DNA from: Candidatus Magasanikiibacteriota bacterium
GTDB lineage: Bacteria > Patescibacteriota > Patescibacteriia > Magasanikbacterales > 2-02-FULL-50-9b
Length of the DNA: 64,000 nt
Reading direction: 5' to 3'
Assembly (NCBI GenBank): GCA_903893485.1
Contig: CAITMK010000012.1
Location: 83,469 to 147,468 of the forward strand
Of this stretch, positions 30,001 through 39,464 are shown in pieces. Position 1 is the stretch's first letter. Every line of letters starts with the position of its first letter. Made by a program: the position numbers and the translations under genes. Under the pieces are notes generated by a model that was not told the DNA's origin, searched no databases, and saw nothing but the letters and a program-made list of their open reading frames with translations.

Positions 30001-33000
30001 ACGATTTTCATGATTATTTTCCAGCGGATTACTGGAATTTTGATACAGTATGGAATGTTCATCGGAATACCTATCCAACGCTAAAAAATTTGCCATACGC
30101 CCTTATTCAGGGAAATGGTAGTGAACAAAGTCCATATCAGATTCGCAGTTGCGAAGATCTACAAACAATGAGTAATCAGGACCCGTCTTCCTATTTTCAG
30201 CTACAAAACGATATTGATTGTACGGGTATTGATTTTCAACCAAATGATTTTGGTGATGCAAGTTTTACGGGCTCCTTGGACGGCCAGGGATATTCAATTA
30301 TTAATTTAAATGTAAATCAAAGTTATTCTGACGCCGGCTTATTTCGCTTCGTAGCGGACGCGACAATTCATGATATTGTTTTTGATGGCGGTAGTATTCA
30401 GTCATACAATAATGCGGGTGTTATTGCAGGTTCAGCGCTCGATACAAACATATTTAATGTTACGTCTACCGCAAGTGTTATTTCGAACGATGACGGCAGC
30501 TATTTTGGTGGATTGGTGGGTACGGCCACATTTAGTAACGGTCTTGCGAATAATTGGTCAGGGCTAACGGTGAGTAGTACACTTGGGGCAGGCGCAATCG
30601 CCGGTGGCCTCGCGGGTTATCTCGAAGTGCTTGATGCGGGGACCACATTTGCTGTTAACTCATCAACATTCTCGGGAAATATAAATTATTCGATTGATAA
30701 TTTATATGATGCAGGTGGGCTTATTGGGCTTACCTATGTACATAATGCAGAGGGTGGTGCAACAACAACGTTGCGAATCGCCAACTCAAGTGCTTCCTCA
30801 ACAATTAATACGGGTAATGGAGGCGCCGCTGGTGAAATTATTGGTGAGATCTGGATGAATATTGATGGCGAAAACCAGATTGGTCCGGTGGATGTGCAAA
30901 TGACTTCATCGACTGCTAGTGGCCAGGTAAGTGGCCAGTATACTGTCGGTGGATTTATCGGTGGTGCGGAAGCTGAGGGAAATGCAGATGCGATACTGAA
31001 CATAAGCCATAACACGGCAAATGTTGCCGTAAATTCGAATGGCAGCAGCGCTGGCGGCTTTGTTGGGTTCACTCTCATGCAGAGCAGTTATCCACATAAT
31101 ATACAGCTAAATTTTACGGATGATGTCGCAGAGGGTGATGTAGTAGGGAATTTTCAAGTCGGCGGATTTTTAGGTAGCGCAATTGGCATGGGTCCGGCTA
31201 TTGATTTATTTGACCCAAACGCAACTGGGGGGCTGACGATTTCTCGTTCGTATGCATCTGGCAATGTTTCTGGAACATCCGATGAGGTTGGTGGTTTTGC
31301 CGGGGGCCTTGCTGGATACTCAGTTAATCCAAGCGTGCTTCAAACTATCACCATCGATCAATGTTATGCACGCGGCAGCGTTTTGGGAGGCGGAGTAAAT
31401 ACCGGTGGTTTTGTTGGTGTGCAATATGGTGCAACGGGAATTTCTAATGCAGCAGCACTTGGCAATGTGTCTGGAAATCTTAACTATACGGGCGGTTTTG
31501 TGGGTGATATTGGCGGAGCTGACACAAGCATTCGTAATTCATATGCCATTGGATCTGTCTTCGGGGCGCCCGGCGGTGCAGTAGGTGGATTCGCTGGTCT
31601 TCTTGAGTCTCTTGGTTCAATCTCGAACAGTTTTAGTGTTGGTGCGGTTACCGCGGATGCCGGAGGTGGTTTTATTGGTTCAGATACTGCAGATGAGAGC
31701 GCGCTTAGTAATGATTACTTCGATATCTATAATTCGCTTGAATCATCGTGTTTACCAAGTGGAGGCGGTGCTACAGAATGTACCGGTGTTGATAATGGGG
31801 GTAGTGATCAAAGTTATTTTTACCTCAACAGTAATGCGCCATTCTTGAATGGTTCACCAGTTTGGGATTTTACATCAATTTGGGAAAAGCATGTTGCAGC
31901 ATATCCAACACTTCGCGCAGTACCATTTGGGTTAATTGGTAACAGTGGTTTAATATCAGGCAGTGCAAACAATCCAACGATAATTTCATCATGTACGGAT
32001 TTGCAGAATGTGAGCACGGGCAATTATGCGGGCACCTATGAGCTTGGTGCTGACATCGATTGCACGGGTGTTGATTTCCAACCAATTCAATTTGGACCTT
32101 TTGGATTTCAAGGGGTATTTAACGGGCAAGGACATTCAATTAGTAATCTTACCATTAATCAGGACGGCCAAAATGTCGGGCTATTTTCATTCTTGGATGG
32201 TGGTATTATTGAAAATGTCTCAATACTTTCAGGCTCGGTAACGGGTACCTCATATGTCGGTGGCCTTGTTGGTATTGCCTATGATTCAATAATACAAAAT
32301 GTAACGAGTACTATTCCTGTGAGTGGGGCTGGATATGCTGAATCTATTGGCGGTATTGTGGGGGCAACTTATTTTGACGATGGTCAATCATATGATTGGT
32401 CACATTTGATTGCAAGTAGTACTGTTGCTGGCTACAACGTAACTGGTGGCTTGGCCGGTACTATTGATATAAATTATCCGGGAACCGCATTTCATTTGGA
32501 TACGGCAACGAGTACAAGCGTTTTAACTTCAACGGTAGACGAGATAAATCAATCAGGTGGCATGATCGGCATACTTTCAGCGGACAATATTTTTGGCGCA
32601 ACAAGTACTGTGCAGATTACAAATTCATATTCATTAATCACGGTATCGTCAACCTATGGTTTTTTGGTTGGTGGATTTGTCGGTGATGTGCGTGCAAATG
32701 AATCAGGTCCGTATGGTGAAGGGCCTACGGAAATTACGATATCATCATCAACGGCGCAAGGAATTATGAATAGTGCGAGCTACTCATATGGTTGGGGTGG
32801 TTTTGTGGGTGCTGCGGAAACAGGAGGCAGCTCAGACAGTTCAATTACTTTAAGCCACGACAGCGCTACAACAAACGTGAATGGGGTATATAGTGTCGGC
32901 GGTTTTGCGGGCGTTGGCTGGGTACTTAACTGGAATGGTCCGTATCACATGGAAGTAAACATGACCGATGATTACGCGACAGGCGCAGTATCTGGTATTG

Positions 33001-36000
33001 ATTTTGTTGGTGGATTTTTCGGAAGCACAGAAGGTGAGGGTTCATTCGCCTATTTATCAAACGAACTGGCAACCGGTGGACTCAGCATTGCCCGAAGCTA
33101 TTCTTCAGGCCCGGTCACGGGAACGGGAAATGAAGTCGGTGGTTTTGCAGGTTATGTTGATTGCTATTCGGGCAATAACGCCATATTGCATGTATGTAGA
33201 TTCATTCAGGATTTTTCAACGAGCCCCGTTGTGGGCACGGGTTACGACATTGGCGGCTTTGTCGGTAACCTGGCTGGTTTTTCAAGCGTCGAAGATAGTT
33301 ATGAAACTGGCGATGTTTCAGAGCTTAGTGGTAAGCATGTCGGTGGTTTTGTTGGACAGATGGGAATAAATTCGGGAAACAATAGTATTACCAGGTCCTA
33401 TTCAACAGGTTCTGTCACCGGCTCGGCCGACATAAACGGTGGTTTTGTGGGTCAAATTGCACAAGACGGTGCGGTTATTCAAAATAATTTTAGTGCGGGT
33501 GCGGTAAATTCTGGCGGCGGTTTTATCGGAGGTGCCTACAATGTTGATCTCAGTCTCGTACAAAATAACTACTTCGATGTAACACGTGCAGGCTTGTCAA
33601 ATTGCGCATTAGACGGCAGCGTTGATTCTAGTAACTGTGCTGGGGTGAATGTAGACGGTGCTGATTCAAATTATTTTTTCAATAATACAAGTAACGCGCC
33701 TTTCAGTGGCGCTGGTTCAAACTGGGATTTTTCTGGAACGTGGCAAGCGCAGACATTTACATACCCACTTTTAAAAACCATTCCTCTTGCAGCTCAGGAG
33801 GCTGGTGCCATGATAGGTTCCGGTACACAGGATGATCCATATTTAGTTTCCAATTGCGCGCAACTTCAAAATATTGAGAATGATGTGTTCAGTGCATATA
33901 AGCTTGTGAACGACATTGATTGTTCGGCAACAGCTGAATGGAATAATGGACTTGGATTTTTTCCAATCGGTGATTTATCTTATGGCCCACCATTTTTAGG
34001 ATTTTTTGATGGGAATCATCATACAATCACCAATCTTCATATTAATTCATCAAACGGAACTGATGTTGGCTTATTCTCATTTGCAACCGCATCCGTAATT
34101 CAAAATGTAACGCTTGATGGAGGTTCTGTTTCATCTGGATTTAGTGGCAGCTCATATAGCTTACCACCTGGAATTGCAGGGCTTGTTGGTTTTGTAAGTA
34201 ATGCAGTTGTTCGCGGCGCAAGCGTTAAGAACATGTCAATCAACGCTGCGCTACCTGCCGGTGGTGTTGTTGGTAATCTTAGTTCATCTGGTCCAGCCTT
34301 TGATAACATGTATTATCAAAATGAACTTTCGTTTTCAGATTCCATAAATAACACAATTAGTTCGTCAGGATTTAATCTGGCGGGTGGATTGGTTGGAAGT
34401 GCATCGAGTGTTGGTATTGATAACTCGTTTGCATCGAGCACGGTGAATGGAGATTTTGCTGCTGGTGGCTTGGTGGGTATGGCGAATAATATTTACGTCA
34501 GAAATTCGTATGCAACAGGGAACATCACCTCAACTCAATCAACTAATGATGTGTACACTGAGCCTGGCCTTGGCGGAATCATCGGCAGCGCCGCCTGGAC
34601 GGTTGTTGCCTCAAGTTTTTCAACCGCACAGCTTATCAATAATGGGTCAACTCCACCTGGAGGTATTATTGGAAGTATTTATGCACCATATGAGGTAGCA
34701 GATAGTTTTTATGATATTTCAGCCGCCAATGTATCTACTTGTACAGGCAATTATGATGGTGGAGCTCTAAATTGCGTTGGCGTAAATGCTGACGGCATGG
34801 ATCCAGATCATTTTAAAAACACAGTGGAAGTTTCACCACTTAATATGGTTGGCGGATCAAATCCGTTTGCTGATTCTGTGCCGCAGTGGGATTTTACAAA
34901 AGTCTGGGCAGTTTCAAGTACCTATCCCCAACTTCTTTCATTCGTTGCTCCGCCAATGATGCCAGAGAATTTTGGAATCAGCGGCGATTACAACACCACG
35001 ACAACTATTTCCTGGAGTGCCCCATCATCAACTAGCGAAGGTACAATCACAGGATACTATGCAGAAGTTGGTGTTGATGGTGAAAATTGGAATCCGGTTA
35101 CCGCAAGCTCGACGGTTGGTGCCTCGACTTTTTCAACACAATTTCCTTCAGGAACCTTCGCGTCTGGCGTAACTTATGTGGTGCATGTGTATGCAATGCA
35201 GGATGGTCCAGAAAATACGCCAATATATAGTTTGCCACTCGTTGGACATTTGGTAACGTCAAGCGGTGTGCCGCCAGTCGTGTCAATCGATTCTATCGAA
35301 AATCAATCGACCTTCAGTTATCGTCCAGACCGATTGACCGTAATTTCTGATTCAACGAGCACGATCAGTTTTTCTGGCGGATGTTCAAGTGTGGAAAATG
35401 CAATCAACGCGGGAACATCGGTCGTTACACTTCATCCAATGGCCGCCGGGACCTACGATTGTAGTATTTTGGTAACGAGCGACGCAACTGGACTTACGAC
35501 GAGCGTAAGCATTCCGGAAATTGTTGTTGCTGATCCACCCGTGGTGAGTATTGAGGATTGTAATGATCTGCAGCATCTCGTAGAGCTTAGGCAAACAGAA
35601 TATGGTGGTGATACAAATGCGGTATTTAAATTGTCAAACAATATTGATTGTACCGGCGTTGATTTTCATCCTGTAGATTTTGAGGAGCAGGGTCTAAGTA
35701 CACTCTTTGATGGTCAGGGGTATTCCATAACGAATTTAAATATTTATCAACCACAAATGCAAAATGTTGGGTTGGTTCGCTATGCGAATAATGCATTTTT
35801 TAAAGACCTGACGCTCAGTGGCGGAAACGTGGTTGGTCAAAGTAATGTTGGTGCATTGTCCGGTCTGGGTGAAAATGTAGTATTTGAAAATGTTACTTCA
35901 ACTGTTTCGGTTGGCAGTTCATTAACGCAAACGAGTGGACAATCCATTGGAGGTCTTGTTGGTAATTTGCTTGCTAATAACGGTTATAGTACCCTTACCA

Positions 36001-39000
36001 ATGTAAATGTGTCAGGTGGCGTTTTTGGCGGGCTCGATATTGGTGGCTTGGTCGGCAATGCGCTCATATACGATCAGAGCGGTCCATATCAGAGTGGTAT
36101 AACTATTAATAACAGTGAAATGAGTGGTGCGGTTCAGTCGGACTATGCGTGTGCAGGCGGCATGGTTGGTTGGGCATCGAACTTATCTGGTGGCGAATCG
36201 GGTATGTTGACGATACAAAATAGTCACTCCGTTGGGAACGTCTCCGCATATTATCCCGCTGGAGGACTTGTCGGCTGCGGCTCATCCATGAAGATCTCTG
36301 ATTCTTATGCAACAGGAAACATTTCCGGCTTTTGGGAAATTGGCGGCCTTGTGGGTGAATTAGACAATAGTGGATATATCCAAAGAAGTTTTGCTACGGG
36401 TAATGTAACCATGCCAACACATACTTATTATGATAACTCAAACGGTGATTTTGGCGGATTGGTTGGTTATATGGATGCGTATGCATATGCAATGGGTGGA
36501 TCGCCAGCACCTGCTATAAGTAGTTCGTACGCAACAGGCAGTGTGGGTCTTACAGGGTCTAATTATGTAGGCGGATTAGTTGGTGCAATTTATTCCGGCG
36601 GCAATATACATAATTCATTTGCAACGGGTAATGTAACGGGTGAATTTGTTGTAGGAGGTTTGGTTGGCGAATATCAGAACAGTGGTTCAGGAGCGACATC
36701 TACGATACAGAATTCGTATGCGGCACCTAGTAGTGTCTCTGGAGTAAGTAGATCTGGTGATAATGCACAATCAATTGGTGGCTTAGTAGGCCGCATGGAT
36801 GCAGGGAATATCCAAAACTCGTTTGCAGCTGATTTGGTACAAAGTGATGGAACAGCGCCCGGTGGTTTAGTTGGATATCTTACCGCTGACCGAGGCATAT
36901 CAGGATCAAACAACCTTTTTGACGCGAACCGAGCTGATCTGACAAATTGTGTTGGGCAGGGCAGTAATGATGTTGGTTGTGATTATGTAAATTTAGGCGG
37001 CGATAATTCTAATTATTTTTACAGCCTTGCCAACGCGCCAATGAGTTCTTGGAGCCATGATATTTGGACGAGCGATAGTTACCCAACACTTCTTGGACTT
37101 CCGTCAGTGTTGAGTGAATCTGTTGATCAAACTCCACCAGGGCCTGTAACAAATGTAAGCGCATCAGTCGTAAACGACACAATTCTCCAGCTTTTGTGGA
37201 ATCCACCAACCGACGGCGATTATTCTTCTACCATTATTCGTGATTATTGGTATTCATTTGGCGATGAAAATCCATACGGAACACCATTTTCAGTGTATGA
37301 TGGCGATTTGATGACTATGATGAGTACAAGCACCTCCTTTATGAAAGGTGATATTCCAGACGGAGTATATGGACTCGGTATATTTGCTGTGGATACTCAT
37401 GGAAATGCTTCGCTTGCGGCAACTTCGACATACACGCTGTGGCGATATCCAATATTTACAAGTCGATACTCGACAAATTTTCAGCAATCGTCGGTGTCTG
37501 TCGGTGTACGCGTAACCACTCCAGATGGCTCACCAATTACTTCAGTCAAAGTAAAATATAGTCAGGATTGGCGTTATGATCATGAAATGGTGAATGATCA
37601 TCCAGATGGTAGTGGTGATTATCCATTTACGATTGGGGGATTGCTTTGCAACACGTATTATCATACCGAATGGGAAGTGACCAATAAGAACGGAACAGCA
37701 ACAAGTGGAAACCAGGATATTTTAACTGCCGCATGCGGTGCAATTTCAGTCTCTTCCGTTTCTGCAACTCCGTCAACCTCAACGGCTGAAATCACTTGGA
37801 CTTCTGATAGAGTTGGTACATCGCAAGTGGCATATTCACCAGATACCGCACACGTACTGTATTCAAATACGGTTGAGACAGATGAAGATACACGTGTCTC
37901 GTCGCACACCGTGGTGTTAACTAATTTGAAGAGTTGTACAACCTATCACTATCAGGTTATTTCGATCGACGAAGATAGCAATACAAGCACGTCAGATTAT
38001 CAAAGTTTTGATACGACCGGATGTATAGGTGGTACCGCACCTTCGTCTGCCACAAGCGCGCTGGTGAGTACGACTGATGTGAGCACCTCGAGTTTAACAG
38101 ATAGCGATAATACATTTACCGTTACTGCACCTGCAAATTTTACTGCCGCAACGTCATCGGTAGTAATTCAAATTAAGGCATTAAGTAGTACCTCTGTGCT
38201 CGGAACCATCGGTACTCCAGCGAGTGATTTGAAAAGTGGTGCGGTTGTTGATTTTGATGTGAAGGCATTGATTGATTCAAACACCACGCTCGACTCGTTT
38301 GATTTGCCCGTAACCATTACATACAATTATTCTGCAAACGACATTTCCGGTCTTAATGAGTCATCACTTTGGATGTACCATTATCACAATGATACATGGA
38401 TGCCGCTTGATAATTGTTCACTCGATACTCATGCGAAGACAATCACTTGTACGGCACCAAGTTTTTCTATCTTCGCGGTGTTTGGAAAAAATCCACCAGC
38501 GCCTGCGCCACCTCAAAATAATGGCGGCGGCGGGGGAGGTAGTGGCGGTGTGTCACCGTATGTTGGTTGTATGGATAAAACGGCGCTAAATTATAATCCA
38601 GCTGCGATTGTCTCAAGAGATTGCATGTATGCACCAAAGCCTGTTGTTGTAGTTACGCCGCCAGCACCTGTCATCAATCCAAATGCATTATCGTGCACAA
38701 TACCACTTTATTTGAAGAGCGCGGTTCGGTACGGTGCAAAAAATAATCCAGATGATGTGAAGATGTTGCAGAAATTCTTAAATACTGACGAAGGATATAA
38801 TCTGCCAATATCAGGTGTGTATGACAAAGCTTTGTATAAAGCAGTCGTGGCATGGCAAGAAAAATATGCTGCTGACGTGTTAACGCCATGGGGAATTAAA
38901 AAAGGCACCGGCTATATTTATACGCAGAGTTTGAAGAAGATTAAGCAATTGCACGAAGCAAAATGTCCAATTACCGCTCCCGCTGCGCCATCGATTTCTG

Positions 39001-39308
39001 CTGCAGTGCCTGTAAAATCAGCGCCCCCACTTGCAACATTCAAGCGCACATTAAAACAGGGTGACACGGGCGCTGATGTAAAAGCACTTCAGATTTTTCT
39101 CAACGCGCACGGCTACGTAATTGCTGCCAAAGGAGCGGGTTCGCCAGGAAAAGAAACGACCACCTTTGGCTCAAACGTTACTGCAGCGCTTAAGAAATTT
39201 CAACAAGATAATGCTGATACATTACTTAAACCCTTTGGTTTGGTGAAACCAACTGGAAATTTTGGCACCGCAACTTTGAAATTTGTTACAGGGATGCTCG
39301 CGCCATAG
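27063..39308 (+). CDS. Giant 4081-aa surface protein: PA14-like domain, five GLUG-repeat modules, FN3-like domains, peptidoglycan-binding domains
   Basis: Signal peptide; DDGIRVYID...H.IKVDYFQGGG; many VGGLVG/VGGFVG repeats; C-terminal DVKALQIFLN...AALKKFQ. Confidence 0.9.
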   Translation: MNLLFRKKSAYILLSIMNATMLLLFLPTSVHATPVSHPGQIKISVFDELRQPVQNADIGVSCGNSSPVDTGIPTDYSGTEYIDPATLLGASCVSGDPIIIQVASSTLVTQTYPVINAASNYYSDIDPDSALTYHDGSNNVYSFGVETTGQYDASFWNMSDDPLGLSFPTGTPDAVVPNYSGTPLLNFDWSGSSPTGGISGYDWDAEFTKTVTTGEGMYEFDAGVDDGIRVYIDDTPLTPDGWTTQGIGTLYSWKTHLTAGSHTIKVDYFQGGGGSALKTAFYPIFPASPVLSVVKPIISPLDDAFSSPIITINASVAGNITSSGSCSYSGSVNSGNTDIPLSLSPLDGDHSDCTLTLTDPSTDLSNTISVPSFTAASGYQTHYISSCQDLENVGNNPNTYLDQITLTNSIDCTGIDFAPLSFGGNAFQGFFDGGYNTISNLSINQPGIDGVGLFSATNAALMGNVTITGSGVAGRNEVGAFVGYARNTNFVSVSSTMAVSNGTGSGSWGVGGLVGYLNYDDGLNHNLNHLYVSGTVTSTASTIGGIAGEMDVTYAGTNVLVQSVTSTAVIGSADFPSSESGGLFGDVWSINTSDAASTTLTIDHAYASGDVFGGGGGWSNTGGLVGLFESVTNGGPLAISVTSSTAAGNVTSNNGYAGGFIGDNVIYYADHDFQQTFDGDLATGSVVGDAFSRYVGGFLGFVNMNNDAGVHQELLIKNSVASGSTVQGYLYVGGFVGGDDGDSGQVRLNYDYSSGGLIFQNDYSSANVTHAVDSSNNYFGGFAGILNGNASDSIQYPAAIAVDQCAAVGSVTAENSAAVGGFVGEIDGNVAITNSYSTGDTVGAVYTGGFVGVLGAVNPGSLVPDGIAASYSTGAVTSTSDYAGGFAGYLITSEMIGDYAVSHVSTPGDNHGGLMGGISGGIPPAYDVYDQARTGQIELMAGAGVDAPMFGLMAVNGDGTGSNPVPDDAYFFNSTSTEPYDFHDYFPADYWNFDTVWNVHRNTYPTLKNLPYALIQGNGSEQSPYQIRSCEDLQTMSNQDPSSYFQLQNDIDCTGIDFQPNDFGDASFTGSLDGQGYSIINLNVNQSYSDAGLFRFVADATIHDIVFDGGSIQSYNNAGVIAGSALDTNIFNVTSTASVISNDDGSYFGGLVGTATFSNGLANNWSGLTVSSTLGAGAIAGGLAGYLEVLDAGTTFAVNSSTFSGNINYSIDNLYDAGGLIGLTYVHNAEGGATTTLRIANSSASSTINTGNGGAAGEIIGEIWMNIDGENQIGPVDVQMTSSTASGQVSGQYTVGGFIGGAEAEGNADAILNISHNTANVAVNSNGSSAGGFVGFTLMQSSYPHNIQLNFTDDVAEGDVVGNFQVGGFLGSAIGMGPAIDLFDPNATGGLTISRSYASGNVSGTSDEVGGFAGGLAGYSVNPSVLQTITIDQCYARGSVLGGGVNTGGFVGVQYGATGISNAAALGNVSGNLNYTGGFVGDIGGADTSIRNSYAIGSVFGAPGGAVGGFAGLLESLGSISNSFSVGAVTADAGGGFIGSDTADESALSNDYFDIYNSLESSCLPSGGGATECTGVDNGGSDQSYFYLNSNAPFLNGSPVWDFTSIWEKHVAAYPTLRAVPFGLIGNSGLISGSANNPTIISSCTDLQNVSTGNYAGTYELGADIDCTGVDFQPIQFGPFGFQGVFNGQGHSISNLTINQDGQNVGLFSFLDGGIIENVSILSGSVTGTSYVGGLVGIAYDSIIQNVTSTIPVSGAGYAESIGGIVGATYFDDGQSYDWSHLIASSTVAGYNVTGGLAGTIDINYPGTAFHLDTATSTSVLTSTVDEINQSGGMIGILSADNIFGATSTVQITNSYSLITVSSTYGFLVGGFVGDVRANESGPYGEGPTEITISSSTAQGIMNSASYSYGWGGFVGAAETGGSSDSSITLSHDSATTNVNGVYSVGGFAGVGWVLNWNGPYHMEVNMTDDYATGAVSGIDFVGGFFGSTEGEGSFAYLSNELATGGLSIARSYSSGPVTGTGNEVGGFAGYVDCYSGNNAILHVCRFIQDFSTSPVVGTGYDIGGFVGNLAGFSSVEDSYETGDVSELSGKHVGGFVGQMGINSGNNSITRSYSTGSVTGSADINGGFVGQIAQDGAVIQNNFSAGAVNSGGGFIGGAYNVDLSLVQNNYFDVTRAGLSNCALDGSVDSSNCAGVNVDGADSNYFFNNTSNAPFSGAGSNWDFSGTWQAQTFTYPLLKTIPLAAQEAGAMIGSGTQDDPYLVSNCAQLQNIENDVFSAYKLVNDIDCSATAEWNNGLGFFPIGDLSYGPPFLGFFDGNHHTITNLHINSSNGTDVGLFSFATASVIQNVTLDGGSVSSGFSGSSYSLPPGIAGLVGFVSNAVVRGASVKNMSINAALPAGGVVGNLSSSGPAFDNMYYQNELSFSDSINNTISSSGFNLAGGLVGSASSVGIDNSFASSTVNGDFAAGGLVGMANNIYVRNSYATGNITSTQSTNDVYTEPGLGGIIGSAAWTVVASSFSTAQLINNGSTPPGGIIGSIYAPYEVADSFYDISAANVSTCTGNYDGGALNCVGVNADGMDPDHFKNTVEVSPLNMVGGSNPFADSVPQWDFTKVWAVSSTYPQLLSFVAPPMMPENFGISGDYNTTTTISWSAPSSTSEGTITGYYAEVGVDGENWNPVTASSTVGASTFSTQFPSGTFASGVTYVVHVYAMQDGPENTPIYSLPLVGHLVTSSGVPPVVSIDSIENQSTFSYRPDRLTVISDSTSTISFSGGCSSVENAINAGTSVVTLHPMAAGTYDCSILVTSDATGLTTSVSIPEIVVADPPVVSIEDCNDLQHLVELRQTEYGGDTNAVFKLSNNIDCTGVDFHPVDFEEQGLSTLFDGQGYSITNLNIYQPQMQNVGLVRYANNAFFKDLTLSGGNVVGQSNVGALSGLGENVVFENVTSTVSVGSSLTQTSGQSIGGLVGNLLANNGYSTLTNVNVSGGVFGGLDIGGLVGNALIYDQSGPYQSGITINNSEMSGAVQSDYACAGGMVGWASNLSGGESGMLTIQNSHSVGNVSAYYPAGGLVGCGSSMKISDSYATGNISGFWEIGGLVGELDNSGYIQRSFATGNVTMPTHTYYDNSNGDFGGLVGYMDAYAYAMGGSPAPAISSSYATGSVGLTGSNYVGGLVGAIYSGGNIHNSFATGNVTGEFVVGGLVGEYQNSGSGATSTIQNSYAAPSSVSGVSRSGDNAQSIGGLVGRMDAGNIQNSFAADLVQSDGTAPGGLVGYLTADRGISGSNNLFDANRADLTNCVGQGSNDVGCDYVNLGGDNSNYFYSLANAPMSSWSHDIWTSDSYPTLLGLPSVLSESVDQTPPGPVTNVSASVVNDTILQLLWNPPTDGDYSSTIIRDYWYSFGDENPYGTPFSVYDGDLMTMMSTSTSFMKGDIPDGVYGLGIFAVDTHGNASLAATSTYTLWRYPIFTSRYSTNFQQSSVSVGVRVTTPDGSPITSVKVKYSQDWRYDHEMVNDHPDGSGDYPFTIGGLLCNTYYHTEWEVTNKNGTATSGNQDILTAACGAISVSSVSATPSTSTAEITWTSDRVGTSQVAYSPDTAHVLYSNTVETDEDTRVSSHTVVLTNLKSCTTYHYQVISIDEDSNTSTSDYQSFDTTGCIGGTAPSSATSALVSTTDVSTSSLTDSDNTFTVTAPANFTAATSSVVIQIKALSSTSVLGTIGTPASDLKSGAVVDFDVKALIDSNTTLDSFDLPVTITYNYSANDISGLNESSLWMYHYHNDTWMPLDNCSLDTHAKTITCTAPSFSIFAVFGKNPPAPAPPQNNGGGGGGSGGVSPYVGCMDKTALNYNPAAIVSRDCMYAPKPVVVVTPPAPVINPNALSCTIPLYLKSAVRYGAKNNPDDVKMLQKFLNTDEGYNLPISGVYDKALYKAVVAWQEKYAADVLTPWGIKKGTGYIYTQSLKKIKQLHEAKCPITAPAAPSISAAVPVKSAPPLATFKRTLKQGDTGADVKALQIFLNAHGYVIAAKGAGSPGKETTTFGSNVTAALKKFQQDNADTLLKPFGLVKPTGNFGTATLKFVTGMLAP

Positions 39309-39334
39309 TATTGACCGCTTATGCACCAAACTTT

Positions 39335-39450
39335 TTGAAAAAAGTTTGTATAAGGTGTATCATACTCTCGGTATGAAAATTGGGTGTAGACGTAAGATTA
39401 TCCACAATTTATTCACTTAATCCGCAGAGTTTTTAAGACTCTGCGTTTTT
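39335..39450 (+). promoter_or_regulatory. pyrG promoter, leader ORF and terminator-like hairpin
   Basis: TTGAAA-17-TATCAT; 15-codon ORF 39373-39420; CGCAGAGT/ACTCTGCG stem plus T5. Confidence 0.45.
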
Positions 39451-39464
39451 AATTTCGGCGCAAT

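Noticed and set aside
26373-39330. tRNA-integrated genomic island or prophage
   Set aside because: No integrase, no duplicated tRNA 3' end found by eye, no phage genes
26402-39406. Two perfect DnaA boxes (TTATCCACA at 26402 and 39398) as oriC or island ends
   Set aside because: Isolated single boxes 13 kb apart; no cluster and no dnaA/dnaN nearby; compatible with chance
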